Part shown: positions 18,433 through 27,550 of the stretch, piece by piece
Numbering within the stretch: the first letter of the stretch is position 1
Layout of the letters: each line of letters starts with the position of its first letter
Source of the DNA: Deferribacterales bacterium
GTDB lineage: Bacteria > Chrysiogenota > Deferribacteres > Deferribacterales > Geovibrionaceae
Assembly (NCBI GenBank): GCA_050251945.1
Contig: JBFWLW010000001.1
Span: forward strand, 384,001-448,000
Direction: 5' to 3'
DNA length: 64,000 nt
Translations under genes and position numbers: made by a program
The notes under the pieces: model-generated
What the model was told of the DNA's origin: nothing
The model's input: only the letters and a program-made list of their open reading frames with translations
Database searches by the model: none

Positions 18433-19704
18433 TCAGCCTTTATATTTTTCAAATGCAGCAATGGCGCAATGTCCTCCGAAACCGAAAGTATTGCTCATTG
18501 CCACGTTCACAGTCTTCTTTTTCGCCTTGCCAAGGGTAAGGTCGATACCTTTATGAATCTCGTCTCCGACATTCTCGGTGTTTATAGTAGGCGGGATTAT
18601 GTCCTCTTTAACAGCCATAACGCATATAAGAGATTCTATAGCACCTGCAGCGCCCAGAAGGTGTCCTGTCATTGATTTGGTTGCGCTGACGGAAAGGTGT
18701 TTCGGGTCTTCGCCGAAAAGCCTTACAATGGATTTTATCTCGCTGTCATCACCAACAGGGGTTGATGTAGCGTGCATGTTGATATAATCAACCTGCTCCA
18801 CGGTTATGCCAGCATCATCAAGAGCGTTTTTCATAGCGAGATATCCGCCGAGACCTTCGGGATGAGTCGCCGTCAGATGATATGCGTCCGCGCCGAAACC
18901 TGCGCCTATCATTTCCGCATATATTTTCGCACCCCTTGCTTTGGCGTGTTCATACTCTTCAAGGATAAGTCCTGCGGCACCCTCACCCATTACAAATCCG
19001 TCTCTGTCTTTGTCAAACGGGCGGGAAGCTTTTTCAGGATCGTCGTTCCTCTCGGAAAGAGCCTTCATTGCGCTGAAACCGCCTACGGAGGATTCACAGA
19101 TGGCACCCTCAGCACCGCCTGCAACTATGATATCAGCTATGCCCAGCCTGATGTAGTTGAATGCGTCGGCAACAGCGTTGGTTGATGATGCGCATGCAGA
19201 GACAGGGCAAAAATTTATGCCGTGAAGTCCGAAACGGATAGATATATGTCCCGCAGCTATATCGGTGATTATCTTAGGAACAAGAAAGGGCGAAAAGCGC
19301 GGTTTGCCTCTATGCTGTGCATAGTCGAGCATCTGCTCATCCATTGTGGGCATACCGCCTACGCTGGAGGACCAGATGACACCGGCACGGTTTCTGTCAA
19401 ACTCTGCCGTGTCAAGACCTGCGTCTCTGAAAGCCTCGTCAGCGGCAGCTATGCTGTACTGTGCGAACAGATCAAGTCTGCGCACTTCTTTGGCGTCGAA
19501 ATACTTCAGCGGGTCAAACCCTTTAACTTCGCATGCAAATCGCGTTTTGAATCCGGACGCGTCGAACTTTGTTATAGGTCCGGCTCCGCTTACTCCGTTC
19601 ACAAGATTTTTCCATGTATCGGCAACGGTATTGCCCAGCGGAGTGAGAGCGCCAAGACCAGTAACAACTACTCTTTTCAGTGTAATGGTTTTCTGTTTCG
19701 CCAT
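18433..19704 (-). CDS. fabF: Beta-ketoacyl-ACP synthase II
   Basis: KRVVVTGLG, SACAS (catalytic Cys), HATST, KSMTGH and SNTFGFGGH motifs. Confidence 0.93.
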   Translation of the reverse strand: MAKQKTITLKRVVVTGLGALTPLGNTVADTWKNLVNGVSGAGPITKFDASGFKTRFACEVKGFDPLKYFDAKEVRRLDLFAQYSIAAADEAFRDAGLDTAEFDRNRAGVIWSSSVGGMPTMDEQMLDYAQHRGKPRFSPFLVPKIITDIAAGHISIRFGLHGINFCPVSACASSTNAVADAFNYIRLGIADIIVAGGAEGAICESSVGGFSAMKALSERNDDPEKASRPFDKDRDGFVMGEGAAGLILEEYEHAKARGAKIYAEMIGAGFGADAYHLTATHPEGLGGYLAMKNALDDAGITVEQVDYINMHATSTPVGDDSEIKSIVRLFGEDPKHLSVSATKSMTGHLLGAAGAIESLICVMAVKEDIIPPTINTENVGDEIHKGIDLTLGKAKKKTVNVAMSNTFGFGGHCAIAAFEKYKG

Positions 19705-19705
19705 A

Positions 19706-20131
19706 TCATTTCCTCTTATTTCTGTTTTTTACTTTATCTGTAAGCAGTTTCACAGCATCCACGCCGTCACTGCCGAACATATTGCATACTATTTTCTGAG
19801 CCTTCTCCCATTGAGGGCGCGCGCTAAGAATAAGTTCTCTTCCGGCTTCGGTTATTTCAACATTTTCTTCATCTGTCTTATTTACCCAGCCGTGTCTCTC
19901 CATACGGTCTATATTTCTGCTGACAGTGGATTTATCCATCTGCAAAGACCTCCCCAGTGCGCCTCCGCTGCGGCTTCCATATGCAAGAAGATGCACCAGA
20001 ATTGATGCCTGAGTAATTTTCAAACCACTGCTTCTAAGCTCACGGTCATATATACCAATGACCACTCTGCTTACTATTTTAATCTGTCCGGCAAGACATT
20101 GCTTCGCAATTTCCAAAGCTATTTCGTCCAT
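19706..20131 (-). CDS. MarR-family regulator
   Basis: Start moved to ATG 20131 (GGAG RBS); LQMDKSTVSRNIDRMERHGWV winged HTH. Confidence 0.88.
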   Translation of the reverse strand: MDEIALEIAKQCLAGQIKIVSRVVIGIYDRELRSSGLKITQASILVHLLAYGSRSGGALGRSLQMDKSTVSRNIDRMERHGWVNKTDEENVEITEAGRELILSARPQWEKAQKIVCNMFGSDGVDAVKLLTDKVKNRNKRK

Positions 20132-20141
20132 TTCGTCTCCG

Positions 20142-20157
20142 TGTTGTATATGCAACA
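20142..20157. promoter_or_regulatory. Probable MarR operator
   Basis: TGTTGTATATGCAACA near-perfect palindrome adjoining the marR RBS. Confidence 0.65.
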
Positions 20158-20272
20158 TATAAGCTGCTAAACTAAAAGTCAATATGGAAAAGAAAAAACG
20201 GTTAATTATAAGGATATTAAAAGAAAGAAGACCGCAGAAAATATTCTACGGTCTTGCAGATTAAGACAGCTT

Positions 20273-21022
20273 TTAAACACACTTAAGAACAGGTTTGCCA
20301 ATCACTTTTTCATCATTTCTGTCAGATTCGATCCAGTCATAAAGTCTGTCCAGCAAATCTTTGCTGATATATCTGCACCTGTTCTCGTTCTTGTAATAGC
20401 CTTCATTTTTCATATCAAGCAGAATCCTGTTTATGGTCAGAGGAGTTGTGTAAATCACCTGAGCTATTTCATAGTGAGTCAGTTTGACCGGGATCTTGTA
20501 CCATCCGTTTTCCTCTTCCGCTTCGCACCTGACAACAAGCCCCTTGAAAAGACACAAAAGTCTGTCCCTGGGGGTACGTGCCACAATATTGGCAAACCCT
20601 TCGAGGTCAGACTCCATATCGTACATAAGATTGTATATCATGGTCTTGTTGAATGAATTATTTGAAAACATATATTCCCATACGGTATCGTGCGGAACCT
20701 CAAGAAGAACGCTGTCCCTCATAACAGTTGTCGATACGTAACAATCCCTGTTGGACATAAAGAACGTGTCACCTATCATGGAATAAGGCAGAATGATACT
20801 TATAGCCTTGTCTTTGCTTGTGTTTTGAAGCTGGAAATGTGCGCAGTATTTCTGTACCATACCGTTTATCAGTAAGCTGAGATAAGGATAAAATTCTTTG
20901 CCTACAAAGATATTTTCTCCTTTTTTGTAATTCCTCAATTTCCCGAATTTCATGAAGAATTTTTTAACAGGTTCGTCAACCTTTGGTCTGATCCAAGGAA
21001 TCCCGTAGTAACGAAGCCTCAT
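20273..21022 (-). CDS. Crp/Fnr-family transcriptional regulator
   Basis: cNMP-binding-like N-terminal region; KLTHYEIAQVIYTTPLTINRIL HTH. Confidence 0.85.
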   Translation of the reverse strand: MRLRYYGIPWIRPKVDEPVKKFFMKFGKLRNYKKGENIFVGKEFYPYLSLLINGMVQKYCAHFQLQNTSKDKAISIILPYSMIGDTFFMSNRDCYVSTTVMRDSVLLEVPHDTVWEYMFSNNSFNKTMIYNLMYDMESDLEGFANIVARTPRDRLLCLFKGLVVRCEAEEENGWYKIPVKLTHYEIAQVIYTTPLTINRILLDMKNEGYYKNENRCRYISKDLLDRLYDWIESDRNDEKVIGKPVLKCV

Positions 21023-21112
21023 AATGCAACCTCCAAAATACGTTGCCTGAAAACAAGTCGTAACTATTTATAGCATAATTCGAAATTCATTTTCAGTTTT
21101 AGACAGTGTTTG

Positions 21113-21182
21113 TATATCACCGGATATATACATTCCACGCCGCTGATGCGCTTATTAATCCATTCTTATATCACATGATATA
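21113..21182. promoter_or_regulatory. Two TATATC-N4-GATATA palindromes, probable Crp/Fnr-type sites
   Basis: TATATCaccgGATATA at 21113-21128 and TATATCacatGATATA at 21167-21182, in the divergent intergenic region. Confidence 0.65.
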
Positions 21183-21297
21183 CCAAATAGCCGTATCTGA
21201 TTGTTAATGCGCTTATAAAAGTTAGACTTGGTTATGCAGGCAAATGGCAAATGTCTCAAAGCTATTTTTTTGAGGAATTATTCCTAAAGGAGTTGTT

Positions 21298-22806
21298 ATG
21301 AAAAGAATTTTCTCAGTTCTCGCAGTCCTCATTATTTCCGTATGTAACGTTTTTGCCGCGGAAAAAATCTATAATGTGGACGTATGCGTAGTCGGAGCAG
21401 GAGCAGGCGGCACTACAGCGGCTGTTTCCGCACAGGAAGCGGGGTTTAAAACTATCCTGCTTGAAAAAATGCCGTTCACAGGCGGTGCAGGTAACTTTAT
21501 GGAGGGTTCTTTCGCTGCAGAAAGCTTTATGCAGAAAAAAGAGAAGATACCGCTGACAAAAGAACAGGCATTTAACAACATCATGAAGTATCACCATTGG
21601 ATATCCAATGCCGAGCTTACAAAATCTTTCGTCGATGAATCGGCTGAAACGATCCAATGGGTATGGGATCACGGTGTTCATTACAAAGAAGTAAAAAGCG
21701 CATTCAAAGACAACCCTGTTAAAACATGGCACATCTATCCAACAGCTGGCGCTTATTTCATCAGAAACATGGTGAATACTTTCCTTGACGAAGGCGGCAC
21801 TCTTCTTCTGGAAACACCCGGCAAACAGCTTCTTTTTGATAAAGACGGCAAAATCACAGGTGTTCTTGCAGAAAACTACAAAGGTGAAACAGTACAGATC
21901 AACGCAAAATACGTCATATTGGCAACCGGAGGCTACGCAAACAACATTCCTATGATAGTTCAATACGGCGGTCCCGAATCAGTTCCCACAGGTCCTGACG
22001 GACGTATGGGCGACGGTATCAAAATGGCTATGAGCGCCGGCGCGGCTCTTGACAACATGGGACCTCTTGAAGTTAACGGTGCAATGCTTATTTCTCCCGG
22101 AGAAGCAATATGCAACGGCAACAACGCAGAACTTCGCGCGATGTTCCGCCAGTCTCTTCTTTATGTTAACGCCAAAGGGGAACGTTTCTTCAACGAACAG
22201 GAGACAATCGACTGGCCCATGGCGAGCAATGCAATCGGTCGTCAGGGTAAATACACCTACGTTGTATTCGACGCCGATACCCTTAAAGAATTCCAGACAA
22301 CAGGATATCTGAACCCCTGCGGGAACTGGATCAAACGCGGGCAGCCGATGAAACGATTTGACGAACTCTTCCCGCAGAACGTTGAAAAAGGTTACGCTTT
22401 CCAAGGCGCAACCCTTGAAGAAGTGGCAAAAAAGGCCGGAATGGATCCCGAAACGCTGAAAAAAACTGCCGTAGCCATCACAAAAAATGCTGAAACAGGT
22501 TACGACGCACAATTCGGCAAAGATAAACGCTTCATCCGCGCTGTTGCAAAAGGACCTTTTTATGTTCTGAAAGGTCAGATACACCACCTCACTACACTCG
22601 GAGGTGCAAAAGTTAACGGTCACCTTGAGGTTATCAGCAAAGAAGGCAACATCATTCCCGGGCTTTATGCCATCGGACATGATGCTGGCGGTCTTTACGG
22701 TGATTCCTATGACCTGACGATCGGTGAAGGTACATCCAGTGCATTTGCCATCAACGGCGGAAGGATAGCAGTTAAAGACATCATCCAAAAATCAAGTAGC
22801 AAATAG
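21298..22806 (+). CDS. Exported FAD-dependent oxidoreductase, flavocytochrome c flavin-subunit family
   Basis: Sec-type signal peptide; VVGAGAGG FAD motif; ILATGGY, VNAKGERF, TTLGG, IPGLYAIG. Confidence 0.85.
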   Translation: MKRIFSVLAVLIISVCNVFAAEKIYNVDVCVVGAGAGGTTAAVSAQEAGFKTILLEKMPFTGGAGNFMEGSFAAESFMQKKEKIPLTKEQAFNNIMKYHHWISNAELTKSFVDESAETIQWVWDHGVHYKEVKSAFKDNPVKTWHIYPTAGAYFIRNMVNTFLDEGGTLLLETPGKQLLFDKDGKITGVLAENYKGETVQINAKYVILATGGYANNIPMIVQYGGPESVPTGPDGRMGDGIKMAMSAGAALDNMGPLEVNGAMLISPGEAICNGNNAELRAMFRQSLLYVNAKGERFFNEQETIDWPMASNAIGRQGKYTYVVFDADTLKEFQTTGYLNPCGNWIKRGQPMKRFDELFPQNVEKGYAFQGATLEEVAKKAGMDPETLKKTAVAITKNAETGYDAQFGKDKRFIRAVAKGPFYVLKGQIHHLTTLGGAKVNGHLEVISKEGNIIPGLYAIGHDAGGLYGDSYDLTIGEGTSSAFAINGGRIAVKDIIQKSSSK

Positions 22807-22823
22807 GCATATCTGGAGGAATC

Positions 22824-23207
22824 ATGAGAATCAATCTTATTGTGTTAACTATAGCAGCTCTGGCAGCATTATGCCTTAATGCTTTTGCGTCAGAAACATA
22901 CACATACAATCTTAAAAAGCACCATGAGGGAGCAGGGCTTTCGTGTGCAGACTGTCACAAGACCGCACAGCCTGCTGTTGCGGCAGAAGCAGAAACATGC
23001 ACCTCATGCCACGCAGATATGCGTAAAAATGGAAAAGTCGTTTCTCTTTTTGAAAAACGCACCCAGAGAACAATTGAAATAAACCCTCATGCAGCTCACG
23101 CAGGTCCTATCCGCTGTACACAATGCCACAGCGAGCATAAAGAATCAAAACTGCTCTGTAACACCGGATGTCACCAACACCACACGTGGACAGTCCTGGT
23201 TCCTTAA
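22824..23207 (+). CDS. Small tetraheme cytochrome c
   Basis: Signal peptide; CADCH, CTSCH, CTQCH and CNTGCH; NPH motif. Confidence 0.88.
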   Translation: MRINLIVLTIAALAALCLNAFASETYTYNLKKHHEGAGLSCADCHKTAQPAVAAEAETCTSCHADMRKNGKVVSLFEKRTQRTIEINPHAAHAGPIRCTQCHSEHKESKLLCNTGCHQHHTWTVLVP

Positions 23208-23217
23208 ACATCTCATT

Positions 23218-23247
23218 ATGACCGGAGGCAGTTTCACCTCCGGTCAT
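23218..23247 (+). other. Intra-operon stem-loop
   Basis: ATGACCGGAGG / CCTCCGGTCAT perfect 11-bp stem. Confidence 0.55.
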
Positions 23248-23272
23248 GTTTAAAATTTACAAGGACGATAAA

Positions 23273-24505
23273 ATGAGAATATTTTCAGTTTTTACAATAT
23301 TGCTGTCGCTGGTTATGTGTTCTGCTGCTTATGCTGCTGACAACATACAGGAAGCTTTTGCACAGGGATCATTAAAAGCAGAGCTGCGAACTTTTTATTT
23401 TACACGCAATTTTGACGAATCAGATACCAGAGAGGATTTCGCGGCCGGTACTCTTTTCTATTATAAAACAGCTCCGCTACACGGTCTCAGTGCAGGTTTA
23501 AGCTTCGCAACATCAAATAAGATTACGGATAATGACGACAATACGGTATACGGTCTTTTGGCAAAAAGTGACAGCGGACAGCACAAAAATTATGCAAAAT
23601 TTCAGGAATATTACATTCAGGGCGACTGGTTTGATACCAAAATCAAATACGGCGCACAGGAGCTTTACACCCCTTTCGCAAACACGCATGACATACGCAT
23701 GACCCCGAAAACATACAGAGGTCTGTCAGTGGTCAATAACAGCCTGAAAGGGCTTACTCTGTCCGGTTATTATCTGAACGGCTACCGTGGATGGGCAGAT
23801 GAGGAATTTACCGATATGACAAGCTCAGCAGGCGCGACGGAAGGAAGCGACAGCGGGCTTTTCATCGGAGGATTAGGATACGACCTTCCTTTCGGATATG
23901 CAAAAACCAACGTACAGCTTTGGCAATATCATCTGGACGACGTGGCGAACATGACCTATGCGAAAATAAGCGTCGCCAAAAAGATAGGGGACTTTCAATT
24001 GAGCTTTAACCCCATGTATCTCCGTCAGAACTCCGCAGGAAACGAATATGCCGGTGATATTGATTCCGTTCAGTACGGTTTTAATACAGGCGTTACGGCA
24101 TATGGCGTAAATCTCACCCTTTATCACGCCAGAACGCGCAACGGAAACGTTTTCGCACCATGGGGCGATGAAAAAGTTATTGTTCAGCAGATACTCGCAT
24201 CCGACAGAAAAGATGAAAATGCGTACGGTTGCAAGCTCGGTTACAACTTCAAAGCTCTCGGACTTGAAGGACTTGACGCTTACGTTTACCGGAGTTTCTA
24301 TGACACGCCAGATTCCGGCTCAAATGCAACATCCGACATCACGGAAACAGACTTCAGTGTTCAGTATTCGTTCTCTGAAACATCATCTCTGAAAGGTCTC
24401 AGCCTCAGAGCAAGATACGCAATTGTTGACGAAGACACCGCCGAGGATTTTAACGATTTCAGATTCTATCTGAAATACCAGCTTGCTTTCGGCGGAATAG
24501 AGTAA
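23273..24505 (+). CDS. OprD-family outer membrane porin
   Basis: Signal peptide; LKAELRTFYFTR start; LSLRARYA and RFYLKY C-terminal strands; start at MRIFS with AAGGA RBS. Confidence 0.8.
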   Translation: MRIFSVFTILLSLVMCSAAYAADNIQEAFAQGSLKAELRTFYFTRNFDESDTREDFAAGTLFYYKTAPLHGLSAGLSFATSNKITDNDDNTVYGLLAKSDSGQHKNYAKFQEYYIQGDWFDTKIKYGAQELYTPFANTHDIRMTPKTYRGLSVVNNSLKGLTLSGYYLNGYRGWADEEFTDMTSSAGATEGSDSGLFIGGLGYDLPFGYAKTNVQLWQYHLDDVANMTYAKISVAKKIGDFQLSFNPMYLRQNSAGNEYAGDIDSVQYGFNTGVTAYGVNLTLYHARTRNGNVFAPWGDEKVIVQQILASDRKDENAYGCKLGYNFKALGLEGLDAYVYRSFYDTPDSGSNATSDITETDFSVQYSFSETSSLKGLSLRARYAIVDEDTAEDFNDFRFYLKYQLAFGGIE

Positions 24506-24530
24506 AACCTCATTAATTTCCAGTACCTGA

Positions 24531-24562
24531 AAGACCGGATACTTTTTACAGTATCCGGTCTT
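24531..24562 (+). terminator. Stem-loop after porin gene
   Basis: AAGACCGGATACT / AGTATCCGGTCTT perfect 13-bp stem. Confidence 0.6.
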
Positions 24563-24584
24563 AAAAAACTTATCCGGAGCGGAT

Positions 24585-25775
24585 ATGAAAAACAGACATT
24601 TATTTCAAAAACTCTTTATTCTGAATTTCACACTCACTCTGGGTTTCGGCATGTTCGATCCTTTCTTTTCAGTATATATAGTCAGTCTCGGCATAAAAGC
24701 CTCACTGCTTGGTATCCCTGCTGGCATATATGCACTTTCCAAAATTTTTTTGAGTGTCCCTATGGGCAAACTTTCCGACAGATTCCCACAGAAATACATA
24801 GCTGTTTCTGCAGTGGGACTATACTGCATCACGGCATTCGGTTACATGACCACGGAAAATATTGCAACTATATGCGTATTAAGACTTGTTCAGGGAGTGG
24901 CAGCTTCTCTTCTGCGCCCTGTTATGCTCGTATACCTTAACGAATTATCTGACAAGGACAGGATATCATCCGTTAACGGAACATTTGATATCTCATTTTA
25001 CAGCGCTCTTGGGATAGGTCCATTCATTGGCGGACTGATAAGAGAATACTCAGGGTTTCATGGCTTGATATCCGCGATGGCGATATTATGCATCATATCT
25101 TTTATATTTGGCATAAACCTGCCTGAAAGGCATTGTAAAAAGGCAGCAGACTCAGAAAAGCAGGAATCCGCCATCATAACTCCGACGATAGCAGCATTAA
25201 TGATATTTATATTTGGCAGAGCCTGTAATATATCTGCTGCATGCGTATTCATACCTTTATTCGCAGAAAAGAAATTACAGCTTGGAAGTTTGCAGTCGGG
25301 TCTGATTATGGGGGCATCAACCATCTCAATGGTATTTTGTCTGAAGCTATTCGGCAGAATGGGAGATGTCGCTTCAAAGATATCGCTTATAACTGTCGGC
25401 GGTGTGGTTTCTTCTGTTTTTCTTGCTATGATACCGCTCTGCGGTGACTTCATACAAACATTTAATCTTTATGCCACTATAGGGGTTTTCGGCGCAATGT
25501 CTCAGCCATCAAGTGTGGCCTTGTTGCTCAACGAAAGCAGGAAATGCGGCATAGGTAGTTCAGCAGGTTATTTCAACCTTTCCCTTAATTCAGGCATGGC
25601 GTCAGGACCCGTCATCGGCGCATTTATTCTGTCGATAGGAGATATCAATACTGTTTTTGTTGTGGTTGGAGCGATTGGAATAATGACTTCTGTGGTATTT
25701 ATAACCCTGTCATCCATGCAAACATCAAACATTATGATCTATTTTAAAAAAATCGTCAAATATCCGACAGATTGA
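24585..25775 (+). CDS. MFS transporter
   Basis: GKLSDRF motif A; RLVQG; about 12 TM helices. Confidence 0.88.
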   Translation: MKNRHLFQKLFILNFTLTLGFGMFDPFFSVYIVSLGIKASLLGIPAGIYALSKIFLSVPMGKLSDRFPQKYIAVSAVGLYCITAFGYMTTENIATICVLRLVQGVAASLLRPVMLVYLNELSDKDRISSVNGTFDISFYSALGIGPFIGGLIREYSGFHGLISAMAILCIISFIFGINLPERHCKKAADSEKQESAIITPTIAALMIFIFGRACNISAACVFIPLFAEKKLQLGSLQSGLIMGASTISMVFCLKLFGRMGDVASKISLITVGGVVSSVFLAMIPLCGDFIQTFNLYATIGVFGAMSQPSSVALLLNESRKCGIGSSAGYFNLSLNSGMASGPVIGAFILSIGDINTVFVVVGAIGIMTSVVFITLSSMQTSNIMIYFKKIVKYPTD

Positions 25776-25811
25776 ACCCGAAACAAGTTCGGGCAATCCT
25801 GTCATTAAATA

Positions 25812-25845
25812 AAAAAGGCACCAGCCAAACGGCTGATGCCTTTTT
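25812..25845. terminator. Bidirectional terminator between MFS gene and tRNA-Pro
   Basis: AAAAAGGCACCAGCC-aaac-GGCTGATGCCTTTTT. Confidence 0.75.
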
Positions 25846-25849
25846 CAAA

Positions 25850-25923
25850 TCGGGATGACAGGATTTGAACCTGCGACCACACCCACCCCAAGGGTGTACG
25901 CTACCAGTCTGCGCTACATCCCG
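25850..25923 (-). tRNA. tRNA-Pro(GGG)
   Basis: Reverse complement CGGGATGTAGCGCAGACTGGTAGCG-TA-CACCC-TTGGGGT-GGGTG...GGTTCAAATCC...CATCCCGA; CCA not encoded. Confidence 0.96.
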
Positions 25924-26048
25924 CAACTGCCCCGTTTTATCGGGAGTTCAGTTTATACCAAACGCCAAAGGGTAAGTCAACAATTTTCTTACATAGATTA
26001 AAAAGAAAAAAACCAATCATCTAAGAGTGTTTTGCGGATGGTTTTGTG

Positions 26049-26170
26049 TTGACGGAATCATTAAAACGCATATTATATAGCCCATGAACTTCGCGTTCAA
26101 AATTCCGTAAGCGTTAACGTAAACCAACGCACTATTATGCCTGAATAAGGCTTAAGAAGTGCGTTTTTTT
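26049..26170 (+). promoter_or_regulatory. Promoter, uORF (MNFAFKIP*) and terminator hairpin: putative attenuator
   Basis: TTGACG-16-TATTAT; ATG 26084 to TAA 26110; AACGCACT / AGTGCGTT stem followed by T-tract before the MFS RBS. Confidence 0.6.
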
Positions 26171-26206
26171 ATGCCTTCTGAGCCTATTTCAGGTTTTGGA
26201 GGTTTC

Positions 26207-27373
26207 ATGTCACAAGTTTCTCTTAGAATGAGCCTGATTAAAATGGGCTTGGCTCTATTCCTGTCCTACCTTTCGGTTGCTCTGGCACTGCCGGTGGTAT
26301 CTCTCTACACAGGAAAAGAACTCGGATTTTCAAACATGTCAGGGGGAATCGCTGTCGGAATTGCATTCGTATCCACCATTTTTTCACGAAAATATGCAGG
26401 TCGTTTTGCAGACACCGTAAGCAGCAAAAGATGCACCATAATAGGTCTTGGACTTTACATGGTCTCGGCAGCTATATGTCTCCTGTCAAACATCTCTCTT
26501 TTTCCGTCATGGCTTTCCTTCGCCGTTTTGCTGGTCGGCAGACTCATACTCGGCATAGGTGAAAGTATGGCAATGGTCGGATTTTGCAGCTGGCATTTTT
26601 CAACAATAGGTCACCGGCACTCCGGCAGAATTCTGGCTGTAGTTGGAATGGCAATGTATGGTTCTTTTGCCGCCGGCGGTCCCATAGGTCTGGCACTCTA
26701 TGACCGCTTTGGCTTCGACGCGGTGATGTATGCATCAATAATTCTCCCATTTCTGGGATTTATGATGCTCAGAAACAATCCGTCTGCCGCCGTGCATACA
26801 TCTGCAAAGCCGCGTGAATCGTTTTTGAAGATAATATATATGATATGGAAGCATGGAACCGCAGTGTGTATGCAAGGTGTCGGTTTTGCCGTCATAGGAG
26901 CTTTTATATCATTATATTTTGCCAGCATGGGATGGTCATATACCGGTATGGGGCTGACCTGTTTCGGTACGGGATTTGTACTCGTCAGGATATTCTGTTC
27001 TGGACTGCCTGATAAAATAGGCGGTGTCAAGGTTGCTTTGGTTTCTCTTTTCATCGAAACAGTAGGACAGGCTTTGCTATGGCTGGCTCCCGATGTCAGA
27101 TTCGCACTGACGGGTGCGCTCTTAACAGGCATGGGTTGTTCAATGGTATTTCCGTCCATGGGTGTTGAAGCGATAAAACGTGTTCCGTCACATCTGCGCG
27201 CAACTGCTCTCGGGGGATTTGCTGCATTTCAGGATATCGCATATGCTTTTTCTGCACCTCTGGCGGGAGTTTTTGCGGACAGTTTCGGGTACAGGTCTGT
27301 ATTTATGCTCGGAACAGCTGCAGCCGTACTTGGAATTCTGACAATTTTTTCTATCAGCACAGAAAATCAATAA
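26207..27373 (+). CDS. MFS transporter, YfcJ/YhhS-like
   Basis: Start moved to ATG 26207 (GGAGG RBS); GRLILGIGES, GLPDKIGG, GCSMVFPSMGVEA, GGFAAFQDIAY. Confidence 0.88.
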   Translation: MSQVSLRMSLIKMGLALFLSYLSVALALPVVSLYTGKELGFSNMSGGIAVGIAFVSTIFSRKYAGRFADTVSSKRCTIIGLGLYMVSAAICLLSNISLFPSWLSFAVLLVGRLILGIGESMAMVGFCSWHFSTIGHRHSGRILAVVGMAMYGSFAAGGPIGLALYDRFGFDAVMYASIILPFLGFMMLRNNPSAAVHTSAKPRESFLKIIYMIWKHGTAVCMQGVGFAVIGAFISLYFASMGWSYTGMGLTCFGTGFVLVRIFCSGLPDKIGGVKVALVSLFIETVGQALLWLAPDVRFALTGALLTGMGCSMVFPSMGVEAIKRVPSHLRATALGGFAAFQDIAYAFSAPLAGVFADSFGYRSVFMLGTAAAVLGILTIFSISTENQ

Positions 27374-27383
27374 AAAATCGCAG

Positions 27384-27411
27384 CGGGGCTTTTTTTCTCA
27401 AAGCCCCGTTT
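27384..27411 (+). terminator. Intrinsic terminator
   Basis: CGGGGCTTT...AAAGCCCCG then TTT. Confidence 0.65.
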
Positions 27412-27463
27412 ATCAATGCTTTCACGGACATAAAAAAGCACAAATCACACTTTTGATTATACT

Positions 27464-27492
27464 CTGACATTCACTTAACAAATATTTTACAA
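27464..27492 (+). promoter_or_regulatory. Pho-box-like direct repeats
   Basis: CTGACAT-N4-TTAACAA-N4-TTTACAA with 11-bp periodicity upstream of pstS. Confidence 0.6.
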
Positions 27493-27550
27493 GTTCATAG
27501 TAAATCTAACCCCAGCAGAATGTGATTATCCAAAATGACAGGAGGATAAA

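Noticed and set aside
21298..22806. Naming the flavoprotein fccA/frdA or urdA
   Set aside because: Fumarate-reductase catalytic His/Arg motifs are not conserved; substrate cannot be assigned
15662..25923. Genomic island integrated at tRNA-Pro
   Set aside because: Accessory-looking genes lie 3' of the tRNA, but I found no integrase and no duplicated tRNA 3' end
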